This document shows positions 38,671 to 50,802 of a stretch of 64,000 nucleotides of DNA, in pieces. Source of the DNA: Octopus sinensis (taxonomy: Eukaryota); assembly GCF_006345805.1 (NCBI RefSeq), contig NC_043017.1:7316001-7380000 (forward strand), read 5' to 3'. The notes below the pieces were generated by a model, which did not search any database, had not been told where the DNA came from, and saw only the letters and a program-made list of their open reading frames with translations. Positions within the stretch are counted from its first letter, which is position 1. Each line of letters starts with the position of its first letter. Made by a program: the position numbers and the translations under genes.

Positions 38671-38924
38671 AGACACTGTTTGTTGCTGTTGTTGTTGTAG
38701 TTGTTTTTTTTTTAATCTATTAAATCTAAAATGTTTGAAATAGAAAAAAATATTTAGTAATTTAATCACTGCCTCGTGTATTTTAAGACAAATTGACTGT
38801 CTCTGGTGCTTCAGTTACATTATTATTATTATTATTATCATTATTTTATTTTTTTATTTTTCGATATAATCGATAGTTTTGGAAGAATTTGGTCAAATAT
38901 CTAGTGAAATATATATATATTGGA

Positions 38925-39300
38925 GATGATGATGATGATGGTGGTGGTGGGAATGGTTGCAGTGACAGTGGAGATAGTGGTGGTAGTGGCGATGAGTATC
39001 ATCATGGTGGTGGTGGTGGTAATGATGATGATTGTAGCAGTAGTAGTAATGGTGGTGGTGATGATGGTTGTAACAGTAGTAGTAATGGTGGTGGTGGTGG
39101 TAGTGGTGGTGGTGATGATGGTTGTAGCGGTAGTAGTAATGGTGGTGGTAGTGGTGGTGGTGATGATGATGACGATGATGATGGTAGTGTCGGTGCTGGT
39201 TGTGGTGATGGTAGCAGTGGTGTTGGTAGTCGTGTTAGTGTGGTAGTAGTTAGTGGTGATGCTGAGAGTTGTGGTCATGGTGCTGGTTGTTGTTGCCTCC
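38925..39300. repeat. (GGT/GAT/AGT)n compound trinucleotide field
   Basis: Low-complexity sequence. Confidence 0.85.
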
Positions 39301-39677
39301 TCTAAACAGTCATGGCTTTCTGGACCTGACCTGGTGGTGGTGGTGGTGGAAGTGGCACAGCAAACTCCAGCTAACCTGGTTTCTTTCCTTCTTTCTTTTA
39401 TCTCTTCCTTTCTTTCTCTCTTTCTTTCCATCTTTCTCTCTTGTTTCTTTCCTTCCTTCCTTCTCGTTTGTATCATACTTTCCATCTTTCTCTCTTTCTT
39501 TCTCTCTTTTCTTTCCTTTCTTCTTGCTTTCATCTTCGCCTTCCCTCCCTCCCACCTTCTTTTTCACTTTCTTTCTTATCAAGAAGTTGAATAAGAGCTT
39601 CCCCGTAAAACATTAGCTTTCTATACTAATAAGAAACTATCAAGTCTGTCTGTTTGTCCATCTGTCTCTAGTTTTAA

Positions 39678-39900
39678 CTCTTTGTCTTCCAGGTTTCTCT
39701 GTCAAATCCAATGCTTATTCATTCACGTTGTTTTGAATTAATCATGCTTTATCTTGTAACTTCAAGACTTTGATGGTGTGATTGTTTATTTCCAGAATGA
39801 CATTGTAGGGTAGGTGTGAGAGGCTGGATATGGCCAGTTTGAACATAAAACATATATTGACCATTTGGGGCTGGATTTGGCTGGTTTGAATGCTAAAGAG
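39678..39900 (+). mobile_element. piggyBac-like MITE, family 2
   Basis: TTAA at 39674-39677 and 39901-39904; ends CTCTTT...AAAGAG. Confidence 0.75.
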
Positions 39901-39936
39901 TTAAAACAACCAATGAGAGAGTTTTCGCTTGTGATA

Positions 39937-40399
39937 CTCTCTCTTTTACTCTTTTACTTGTTTCAGTCATTTGACTGCGGCCATGCTGGAGCACCACCTT
40001 TAGTCAAGCAAATCGACCCCGGTACTTATTCTTTGTAAGCCCAGTACTTATTCTATCGGTCTCTTTTTGCCGAACCGCTAAGTGACAGGGACGTAAACAC
40101 ACCAGCATCAGTTGTCAAGAGATGGTGGGGGGACAAACATAGACACACAAATATATACACACACATACATATATATACATACATCATCATCATCGTTTAA
40201 CGTCCGTTCTCCATGCTAGCATGGATATATATATACGACAGGCTTCTTTCAGTTTCCGTCTACCAAATCCACTCACAAGGCATTGGTCGGCCCGAGGCTA
40301 TAGCAGAAGACACTTGCCCAAGATGCCACGCAGTGGGACTGAACCCGGAACCACGTGGTTTGTAAGCAAGCTACTTACCACACAGCCACTCCTACGCCT
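39937..40399 (-). mobile_element. SINE family A with a family C tail fragment (40181-40224) in its TA spacer
   Basis: Family motifs. Confidence 0.85.
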
Positions 40400-40757
40400 G
40401 TCACATTTTCTGGATAAATACTCACTCCGTATCTTATGTAAAACCATATTTTATCTTGGTTGTACTGTTTATTTACATTACAGATCCCCCACCATCACCA
40501 TCACTGCCAGCATGATTCTAGACCATCCTGGGGGTGCGCAACACTTAATAACCTTGAAGTTACAACATTTCATGCTGTGCTGTACCACTTGGGCGCTTAA
40601 TATAAATTTATGGTTGTTAATTGTCTCTGTGGCCTTGCAATGTTTTACAATAATAAAAGCCTTTTCATTTACTGCTTGTTGTTCATCTTCAAGAGAAATT
40701 AGTTAACCTGTGAGTATGTTCCATCAGCTTTTCCTGTAGATTTTGGATTGTTTAACA

Positions 40758-41681
40758 TAGTGGTACTCAACTGGGGTACATATACCCCTTAGGGGTCTCA
40801 TACAAGATGTTGTTGTTAAAATTTGTCTGCGATAAATTGGTTACATTTCAATGATACATAAAATATTTTGACAATTCATTAACCCTTTCGTTAGTGTATT
40901 TCTGTTGAGATGCTCTGTGTTTCTTTCAATTACTTTAAATATAACAAAGAATTTAGTAAAATAACTTCATTATCATTAAGCTAGTGTTAGGAACATAAAC
41001 TGTGACTAAGGTTTGGTGGAAGATTTTAATTCAAAACTTATGAAAACAAGACATTTCTACTCAGAGCCAGAGCCGGTTTCAGCCAGGTTGGTAACGAAAG
41101 GGTTAATACAATTTCTGATAATTTATATAATTTTAAAAATATAAAAGGATTTCTTTAAACATTGAATGACTGTAAGGGTCCATATTATTCAGTGGTTCCC
41201 AATCAAGGTCCATGTAGCCATTGGGGTCCTTGCAAGATTTTGTTGTTAAAATTTATCTGCAATAAATTAGTTTTACTTCTGCAATACACAAAATTTTAAC
41301 AATTCTTTAATACAATTTCTAATAATTTATATAATTCTAAAAATATAAAACAATTTCTTAAAAACATTGAATGGCTATAAGGGTCCATCGAAATAAAATT
41401 GGAAACAAAAGGGTCTCTATAGATCAGTGGTTCTCAACTGAGGTCTGTATGACCCTTAGCGGTCCCATATAAGATTTTGTTGCTAAAATCTATTTGGAAT
41501 AAATTGGTTACACTTCCACAATACACAAAATATATTAACAACTTTTCTTTTATACATTCCAAATAATATTTATTATAAAAATATAATGGGGCTTTTAATA
41601 TATCAAATGGTTATGGGGGTCCACCCAAGTCAAAATAGGAATCAGAGGGGTTCATAGGTTAAAAATAGATGAGAAACATTG
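40758..41681 (+). mobile_element. Three head-to-tail hAT-like MITE copies
   Basis: Left ends (c/t)agtggt(t/a)c(t/c)caa at 40758, 41190 and 41425; only the last has a right end gatgagaaacattg (11/14 match to left TIR). Confidence 0.75.
40883..41102 (+). mobile_element. piggyBac-like MITE, family 1, nested in the hAT-like MITE
   Basis: TTAA-CCCTTTCGTTA...TAACGAAAGGG-TTAA; partial second copy at 44350-44445 (-). Confidence 0.9.
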
Positions 41682-41789
41682 TTCTAACATAAGATCTTAG
41701 TTGGTCATAAATTCTTTAGCCATTTTGCAATTGATGTTTGTATCAAATTGTTTGATATTTTTTCCTGAGTCTATTTTGGGTTTGTATGT

Positions 41790-42449
41790 GTGTGTGTACA
41801 TACTAGAATGTATGTATAAACATACTAGTATGTGAGTATACATTTACTACTATGTATAAATGTACATGCTTGTAGGTTTGTATCTGCACAAATTAATATG
41901 TATGTATGTACTAGTAAGTATGCATGTATATACATACTAATGTGTGTTTATACATGTACAAATATGCATGTATACACATACCAGTATGTACGTACGTATT
42001 CATATATGTATATACACTTGCTAATTTGAATGTATACAAATATTAGCTTATGTGTATGCAAAAAAATAGGTGCATACTTAGGTATGTATGCATTAACTAT
42101 TAGTTATGCGTATATAGCATGTTTGTGTGTGTATGTGTGTATACGTGCATGTGTGTGCTTGTGTGTATGTGTATATATGTGCATGTGTGTGTTTGTGTGT
42201 ATATATGTGCATGTACACGTATGTATATATGTATGTCTATGTATGCATGTGCATATATATGTGTGTGTGTATGTGTGTGTATATATATAATATATATGTG
42301 TGGTGTGGGTGTAGATATACGTGGCATGTGTGTGTATGTAATTATATAATATTATATATATGTGTATGTGTGTATATATGTGCATGTACACGTAATATAT
42401 ATATGTCTATGTCTGCATGTGCATATATAGTGTGTGTGTGTTGTGTGTG

Positions 42450-42482
<33 letters not shown>

Positions 42483-42955
42483 TGATAACGGCATGTGTGT
42501 GTATGTATATATAATATTATATATATGTGTAATGTTGTATATATGTGCTTCACGTATGTAATATGTATGTCTATGTGCATATATTTCTATGTGCATACAT
42601 TGTGTGTGTGTGTGTAATGTGTGTGTGTATATATATATATTATAATATATATGTGTGTGTGTGTATATACGTGCATGTGTTGTATGTATATACGTGCATG
42701 TATGTTAGCATGTACTGTATGTATTATGTATTGTCTATGTATGCATTCAGTATATTGTGTGTGTGTGTGTGTGTATATAGATCTATATTGTGTGTGTGTG
42801 TATATATATGTGTGTTGTGTGTTTGTGTGTATAATACGTGCATGTGTGTGTATGTATATACGTGCATGTATGTTAGCATGTACATGTATGTATATATGTA
42901 TGTCTATGTATGCATGTGTGCATATATATGTGTGTGTATGTGTGTTTATGTTTAA
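41790..42955. repeat. 1.2-kb alternating purine-pyrimidine (TG/TA) field with internal duplications
   Basis: Low-complexity sequence. Confidence 0.9.
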
Positions 42956-43444
42956 TAAAAGTACAGTTTCGACATTGTTGTCTAATTTTACTGACCACGA
43001 ATAATGGCCTCTGTATTCATGTTGAGGTCACAGTAAACGCTGTAATAAGGTTGGGGAACCACTAACCCAGATGCACCAGGCTCTTTCTCAGCCCTCCACC
43101 CTTCTCTCTCTCCTCCTACTGTTTACCATTTCTTCCTTCTTCCTCTTTGCCTCATCCCCCCTTCATTCTCCTCCTCCATCTCTATCCTGTGTAGTTTCGC
43201 TATGGTGCCATAGCAGAGATGTTTAGCATGGGTTCTGTTGACTTCTCCAGAGACACTTTGAGCCAAAGATGCTTCCAGAAGGGAGGAAGCTCTGGGTCTT
43301 AATGGAAATTGTAACAACCATGCCCTTCACTTGAGACAAAATGATAACAGCCATGCCATATATATTTATTTGTCAGAGAAATACTCCTCCTTTATACTGC
43401 TGCTGCTGCTGCTACTACCAATAATAATAATAATAATCCTTTCT

Positions 43445-43975
43445 ACTAAAGGCACAAGTCCTGAAATTTGTTGGGAGGGGGCTAGATGACATTGACCCCA
43501 GTGTTTCACTGGTACTTAATTTATCTATCCCAAAAGGATGAAAGGCAAAGTCAACCTCAGTGGAATTTGAACTCAGAACTAAAGGCAGACAAAATGCTGT
43601 TAAGTATTTTGCCCAGTGTGCTAACGATTCCGCTAGTTCACCACCTTAATAATAATAATAATAATAATGATGATGATGATAATACTAATAATAATAATGA
43701 TAATAATAATCATCATCAGTTAACGTCCGTTATCCATGCTGGCATGTGTTGAACAGATACTTTCTACTACAGGCTTATAAGGCTTCAAAGTTTGGGGGAG
43801 GGGACTTGCTGATTACATCGACCCTGGCATATCACTGGTACTTAACTTATCAATCCCGAGAGGATGAAAGGCAAAGTCAACCTTGGCAGAATTTGAGCTT
43901 AGAATGTTAAGGTGGACGAAATGTTGCTTAGTGTTTCACCCAGTGTTGTAACGATTTTGCCAGCTCACCGCTGGC
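43445..43975 (-). mobile_element. Two SINE family B copies
   Basis: Family motifs. Confidence 0.8.
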
Positions 43976-44034
43976 AAATAATAATAATAATAATTAATTC
44001 TTTTTATAATAATTAATAATAATGACGACGATTC

Positions 44035-44245
44035 TGCAGGTTGGAAACCGTAAATAAAAGTCTTGAGAAGTACATAGAACAAATAGGGGCTGCAATAAGG
44101 GTGGAGCACTTGCAGAAAACAGCACTGCTTGGAACCGCTCAAATACTCCGGAAAAATAAGGGGTGTTGCCTTAGTTCACTGGTAGTGAACAGTTGGCACC
44201 GTAGTACATCTCCAGCATTAGAAGCTGTGCAATGACAATAAATGA
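44035..44245 (+). mobile_element. 5'-truncated R4/Dong-type retrotransposon 3' end between (AAT)n runs
   Basis: ETVNKSLEKYIEQIGAAIRVEHLQKTALLGTAQILRK matches the LQKxxLLGTAxILRK C-terminus of REL-endonuclease elements. Confidence 0.75.
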
Positions 44246-44474
44246 TAATAATAATAGTAATAATGGTTTCAAATTTAAGCACAAGGCCAACAATTTCTGG
44301 GAGGGGTTAAATCGATTACATTGACCCCTAGTGCTCAACTGGTACTAACTTTATCAACTTATTTTACTAAGTTTTTTGTTATATTTAACATAATTGAAAG
44401 AAACTCAGAGCATCTCAATATAAATACAGTAACAAAAGGGTTAAAGTTGTTTCTTTTCTGCTGTAAACTTATTT

Positions 44475-44690
44475 ATTTACTACCCACAAGGGGCTAAACA
44501 CAGAGGGGACAAACAAAGGGATTAAGTCAATTACATCGACCCCAGTGCGTAACTGGTACTTAATTTATCGACCCCGAAAGGATGAAAGGCAAAGTCGACC
44601 TCGGCGGAATTGGAACTCAGAACGTAGCGGCAGACGAAATACGGATACGCATTACGCCCGGTGTGCTAATGATTCTGCCAGCTCGCCGCC
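44475..44690 (-). mobile_element. SINE family B (low divergence)
   Basis: Family motifs. Confidence 0.9.
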
Positions 44691-44951
44691 TTTCTGCTGT
44701 AAACCATTTACCATTTCTATGGTGCCTGCCCCTTTCCTTCTTACTCAAAGCATGTGTTTGTTTTGCTGACTGAAACCCTTCGCTCCCTATGAAGCATAGA
44801 CCACAAACAACTTTTCTCTGCCGTTCTTGACTCTGAGCTGTCTTCTCTGAAGGAAAACCATCCTCTCCCTGGTCTTATCAGTTTTCAGTTGTCAACAATG
44901 CTTACATTAAATAGATATTCGCAAACAGGTCTCTCCTCATTGAAAACTAAT

Positions 44952-45006
44952 GATTACCGTGCGTTGACAAGAGACAATAATCTCGAAACTGCAGTCCGTG
45001 CGTATC
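44952..45006 (+). ncRNA. Type I hammerhead ribozyme motif with U3-A8 core covariation
   Basis: CGUGCG-UUGACAA-GAGA-CAAUAA-UCUC-GAAA-CUGCAG-UC-CGUGCG; stem II 4 bp with G10.1-C11.1, palindromic stem III, GUC site at 44996, stem I 6 bp plus an irregular extension. Confidence 0.7.
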
Positions 45007-45879
45007 ACTTAGGTTTACGAGAGGGGATGACCTCCCTTTGCAAATATCATAAGGGCACAGAAAGTGTGCCTAAAGCCAGCTGGAGACGATGATCTCCTGG
45101 GGCTAAAAAGCTACAGTAACACCCACTCCTAGTGGTTAGTCATATTGAGATGGCTAGTATACTTTACGTTATTTTACTTGTTTTCTAGATAGAGGTGTTG
45201 GCCCTTTGCGAACCCATTTTTATACCTGGAAAGATGCGGTCCATATTAGTTTCGCATCTATCCTTTTATCTGTCCAGCATGGAGGCCCTACTAGGAATTT
45301 GCACTCCACTGGTAAGCTCTTGGGGGGGGGGGTCATTGAAGCATATAAGCCACCACACCACGCTGCAACAAAGACTGGACCTTGTGGTGGCACAACAGTA
45401 TACAGGGCTGGAACTGAATACTGCTGCATTGCCGTTTGTTTCTGTCTTGCTACTGGTTCTGCCAGTGGACTGCACCAAGCAAAAGACTGTGAGACATAGT
45501 CCAGCTTTATTTGTTAGTTTTACAGCAGAGGGGCAGAGAGAGAGAGAGAGGGAGAGAGAGGAAATAACTGTGCTATGTTGCATAACGTGTGTGTGTGTGT
45601 GTGTGTGTGCATTTATATTCTTGTTAGTACACCTGCACTAGAAATAATACATATAGATGAGAGGGCATGAAGACACACACACACGTGCACATGCATGCAC
45701 ACACACATGTACACATTGTGCACACAGTCACATACACAGTTTCATGCACACACACACACACACATACTGCATACATACATGCACACATACATACATGCAC
45801 ACATACATACATGCACACATACATGCACACACACACACAGAGTATAAGCTGAAATGAAAACAACTGAAGACAACATATA

Positions 45880-46520
45880 AACAATACTTTGATGATGATG
45901 ATGATGTTGATGGTGATTGTAGTGATGCTAATGATGATAATGGTGATGATGGGAATGAGGATGATGCTGATGATGATGGTGATGGTTGAGGTGGTGTTGA
46001 TTAGGATGTTGATAATGATGCTGGAAATGATGGTAGAGATGATGGTGATGCTGATTACCATTACGTTAATTATAGTGATTATGATGATGATGATGAAGGT
46101 TGTGATAGTAACGAGTTGATAATGATGATGGTGGTGGTGGTAATACGCTGATATTGATGATGATGGTATCTTTAATTGGCGTCAAGGCTGGGAAGTAGAA
46201 GAAAAGAATTATAGCAGAAGACAATAGAATACAGCACAGAAAGAGTGGTGGTGGTGGAGACACTACTACTACTGCTGCTGTTGCTACAATTACTTATGAG
46301 GATGATGGTGATGATGATGATAATAATGGTAATATAATTTAATTATTAAGATGATAATGATTGTGATGATGATGGTAGTGGTGTCTTGATGATGATATCA
46401 GTGGTGATGATGGTGGTAGTAATAATGGTGGGAATGATGATGATGATAGTAGCAGTGGTGGCTGTGGTGGTGATGGTAATGATGATAATAATAGTGATGT
46501 TGATAATGAGGTGATAACGA
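45880..46520. repeat. (GAT/GGT)n compound trinucleotide field
   Basis: Low-complexity sequence. Confidence 0.85.
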
Positions 46521-47319
46521 TTTCTTATAATTGCCACCAGGGCAACAGACGAGGGAAACTACAATTTCAAATGGAGAACAAAAAAAGTAAGATTATGGTA
46601 AATGAACTTCTATATGGATATTCTCCTGAATATCTTCTTTGGAATGGAGGTGAAGTATAGTAAATCTTATATCCTGCCATTGATTGAGAAAATATTAATA
46701 TCATCATTATTGTGTGAGAGAGCAGCACACCCCATCAAAGTGATGCTTGGATACAAAAGTACAAAGCCCAGTATACCCTTCATAACTACCCGTCTGATAA
46801 GGGTACACAAGGCACACGTACCACAACCATATGTGCATACCATGGTGATCTTATATCAAGATAAACAGCGCATGGCCTTGCAGGTGGAGCCCAATTTGGT
46901 TTCTCTTCAGTTCAAGTACTTTATCCTGCTCAAAAGATTTCTAAATAAGGGTTGTTTAAGAATGATGAACAAAACACTTTTCCAAGGGGGAATTATTCAA
47001 AACCTATAGAATTCTTCTCCTCGCATGGCTATGATGCCCTCCACCACTGCTCTGGCTTGTAATCAGAAATGCACATATTGTCAGCCACTAAGGGACGTGC
47101 TCAAATGGTTGAGGTCAAACAACTGACGAGCAAATCTGTGGTATTGAGCAGAATATCTGCTGTTGTCCATGTTTGCTAACAAGACAAAACATGTATATCA
47201 TAACACTTCGAATCAGTTAAGATCAGAAGCCATGAGAGTCACTGCCTGGTATTGCATCAGGGCATTTAATATCATCATCATAAATCAAAATCAAAATTGT
47301 AATCTGTCAACATCAATGG

Positions 47320-47705
47320 AATTTGTAGCTGTGATACCAGTGCCGGTGGCACGTAAGAGAACCATCCGAACATGGCCGTAGCCAGCGCCGCCTGACTGGC
47401 ATCCGTGCCGGTGGCACGTAAGAGAACCATCCGACCGTGGCCGTTGCCAGCTTCGTCTGGTCCCTGTGCTGGTGGCACATAAAAAGCACCATCCGATCGT
47501 GGCTGTTTGGCAGCCTCGTCTGGCACATAAAAAGCACCCACTACACTCACGGAGTGGTTGGTGTTAGGAAGGGTATCCAGCTGTAGAAACACTGCCAGAT
47601 CTGACTGGCCTGGTGCAGCATTCTGGCTTCCCAGACCCCAGTTGCACCGTTCAACCCATGCCAGCATGGAAAGCGGACGTTAAACGATGATGATGATGAT
47701 GATCA
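47320..47705 (+). mobile_element. SINE-like family C with internal tandem units
   Basis: Same start (gtagctgtgatacc) and repeated gtgccggtggcac units as 10687-11093. Confidence 0.9.
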
Positions 47706-47714
47706 TCATCATCA

Positions 47715-47862
47715 TATTCAACTGGTACCTATTTTATCGACCCTGAAAGGATTGAGAGACACAGTCGACCTTGGTGGCATTGGAACTCAGAACGTAAAGA
47801 ACTCAGAGAAATTCCGCTAAGTGTTTCGTCTGGTGCTGTAATAATTCTGCCATCTCATTGCC
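47715..47862 (-). mobile_element. SINE family B
   Basis: Family motifs. Confidence 0.7.
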
Positions 47863-48289
47863 TTAATAATAGTAATAATAATAATGATGATGATGATGCT
47901 GTTGTGCGTGGTGGTGGTGGTGGTAAGACAGGTATCAATTTATTAGTCCCTCATCCATCAAATTCTATATCAACCTTCCTCCCTCCTCCCTCCCTCTTTC
48001 AACCAGACCCCCAAAGTACTCAATCCATCAGAGACAGTTTGTTGGTAAACCTAGAGAGAGAGAGAGAGAGAGAGACGGTGGTAAGGAGAAAGAGAGAGAG
48101 AGAGAGATTTGTGCACTGCTTTGGTCTTTATCAGGTGTATCACCATGGTTACTGCAGGTGAAGCTGCTCTAGCAGCCTGGTTCTTGTTGACTCTGTCAAA
48201 TGACAGGAAGACCAGATGATGACCAGAAACCGGAATATTAAGGACCCTCCACATAGCTTCCTTACTGCTACGTGGAGTTACATAAACAC

Positions 48290-48960
48290 AAACACACACA
48301 CACACGTTTCCAGGCATCTAAGTGCATACATACATACATACATACATACATCATACATACATACATACATACATGCTTAGAGGCATGCATACGTAACATT
48401 ACTCTACATGTTTACATTCATACACACACAACAATGCATGCACACTCATATATGCACACAAATGCATGCGTACTTAGCCATACATGCATACGTACATGCA
48501 TGTGTACACAACCTCCACACATGCAGATGTAACATTCATATACACACACAAGCAACCGGACATATACATATGCTATATATGTGTGTATATATGTGTATGT
48601 GCATGTATATTTGTGTATATATTCTATGTGTGTGTGTGTGTATGTATCTATACGTGTGTATATATGTTATATGTATATGTGTGTATATGCATGTATGTGT
48701 GTGTGTATCTGTGTGTATTTATATATGTGTGTATATATGTTATGTGTGTGTATATGCATGTGTATATATATATGTGTGTGTGTATCTATGTGTGTGTATA
48801 TATATGTATATCTGTGTGTATCTGTATATGTGTATATATATGTGTGTGTATCTATATATGTATTTATGTTATATATATGTATGTATCTATGTGTACTACT
48901 ATTATGTATTAAAATAGACACGTTCATATAAACGTATATATACACACATGTATACGAATG
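48290..48960. repeat. (CA/TG/TA) microsatellite field
   Basis: Low-complexity sequence. Confidence 0.9.
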
Positions 48961-49755
48961 TGCCATCATCATCATCATCATAATCATCGTCATATGTCCA
49001 TTTTCCATGCTGGTATGGGTTGGACATATGCATATGTAAAATCTGATCGTTGAACTAAATGAGGCCGTTGAAAGAGCTGAATAGGGTCATATATTGAACT
49101 CTTACTCAATATATAATAAATACTCTACATTCGTTTAAATAATTAAAAATCATCAGTCACATGACATGTGTGAGTTTTATGTAAACTTGCCCGGTTTTTT
49201 TCTTTTTTTTTCCTATATATTGCAATTAAAATAAACGGGGTCATGCAATGGATTCCATCGCTACAAGATCACAGGTGATGTTGTTACCCCTTCTCTTACG
49301 CTCTGCCATTGGTTGTGCTTCTGCTACGGTCAGGTAGAAATTCACAGTTTACAGCACTTTGATCCTTGTTTCTATACCTGTGCTTCTGAAATAAGCACAT
49401 TACGAAGTTTGACAATATATTTCATGCTCAACTGGCCCAGCTGTAGCACCATTCATCACACCTAAGTCCAATCTGTTAATTAATAATATCAAAAGCATTC
49501 CAGCCATCCTGTACCTGATGTTTCCAATATAGTTTCAGATTTTATTTAGTGACATACATTGATTTAAAAGAATATTTGGTTGCTATTTCTAGCAGGTCGG
49601 AATTAATATTTGACAAAGGCTTTAAATTTTGCTTCCACTGAAGTTTGATAAATTACAAGTGTGCTTGCTTGGGCAAGTGTCTTCTATAACCATGAGCCAG
49701 TCAGGGCTTGGGAGTGAATTTGGTGGACAGAGGCTGCAGGAGGCCGTGCGCGTGC

Positions 49756-49797
<42 letters not shown>

Positions 49798-50136
49798 ATG
49801 TATGCATTTGTCCCCCCACTGCTGCTTGGTGGCCAGTGTTGGTGTGTTTGCATAATATTTCACCTCAGCAATGCAGTGAGCTACAGAATTGTTAGAATGC
49901 CAAGCAAAATGCTTAGACGCATTTCGTTTGATTTTGCATTCTGAGTTCAAATTCCACCAAAGTCGACTTTGCATTTCATCCTTTTGAGGTCAATAAAATA
50001 AGTACCAGTTGAGTACTGGGGTGAATGTAATCGATTTAACCCCTCCCCCAAAATCACTGGCCCTGTAAGTCAGCAAGCTGGCAGAATCATTAGCACACTG
50101 GGATTAATGCTGAGTTCTAACTTCAGATTGGAATTA

Positions 50137-50398
50137 CGAGGGGGTGTTTGAAAAGTTCCGGGTCTATGGGTAAAAGAAAATACTGGAGGATCACTTAATT
50201 ATGATTTTATTCAACATATTGAACATAGGCGCAGGAGTGGCCGTGTGGTAAGTAGCTTGCTTACCACCCACATGGTTCTGGGTTCAGTCCCATTGCGTGG
50301 CACCTTGGGCAAGTGTCTTCTACTATAGCCTCGGACCAACCAAAGCCTTGTGAGTGGAATTGGTAGACAGAAACTGAAAGAAGCCCGTCATATATATG

Positions 50399-50429
<31 letters not shown>

Positions 50430-50802
50430 CGTATATATGTATATATGTGTGTGTCTGTGTTTGTCCCCCTAACATTGCTTGACAACCGATGCTGGTGTGT
50501 TTATGTCCCCATCATTTAGTGGTTCGGCAGAAGAGAACGATGGAATAAGTACTAGGCTTACAAAGAATAAGTCCCAGGATCAATTTGCTCAACTAAAGGC
50601 AGTGCTCCAGCATGGCCGCAGTCAAATGACTGAAACAAGTAAAAGAGTAAAGAGTACATTTCCCTCACAGATTCACACACTTATTGCAGTGGTCCTTCAA
50701 TTTCTCTAAGCCCTGTAAAAGAAGAACTTGGTAGGTTGGGTCTCTAACCAGCCTTTTACAATACCATTAAAGCCAGGAAATTTTCAGCACCCCACCCCCT
50801 CA
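50137..50802 (+). mobile_element. Mariner-type MITE flanked by TA, interrupted by a SINE A (50227-50655)
   Basis: TA-cgagggggtgtttgaaaagttcc...aaagccaggaaattttcagcacc...ccccctca-TA; homologous to 7266-7683. Confidence 0.85.

Noticed and set aside
45189-45311. Plus-strand 123-nt segment with strong AG/GTAAG signals
   Set aside because: Peptides unrecognisable; the minus strand (ctccatgctggacag...tccaggt...gggttcgcaaagggccaacacc) resembles RTE 5' UTRs, so a repeat origin is more likely (unverified)
46602-47009. 135-aa ORF
   Set aside because: No domain or splice support; suspected interspersed-repeat origin that I cannot verify here
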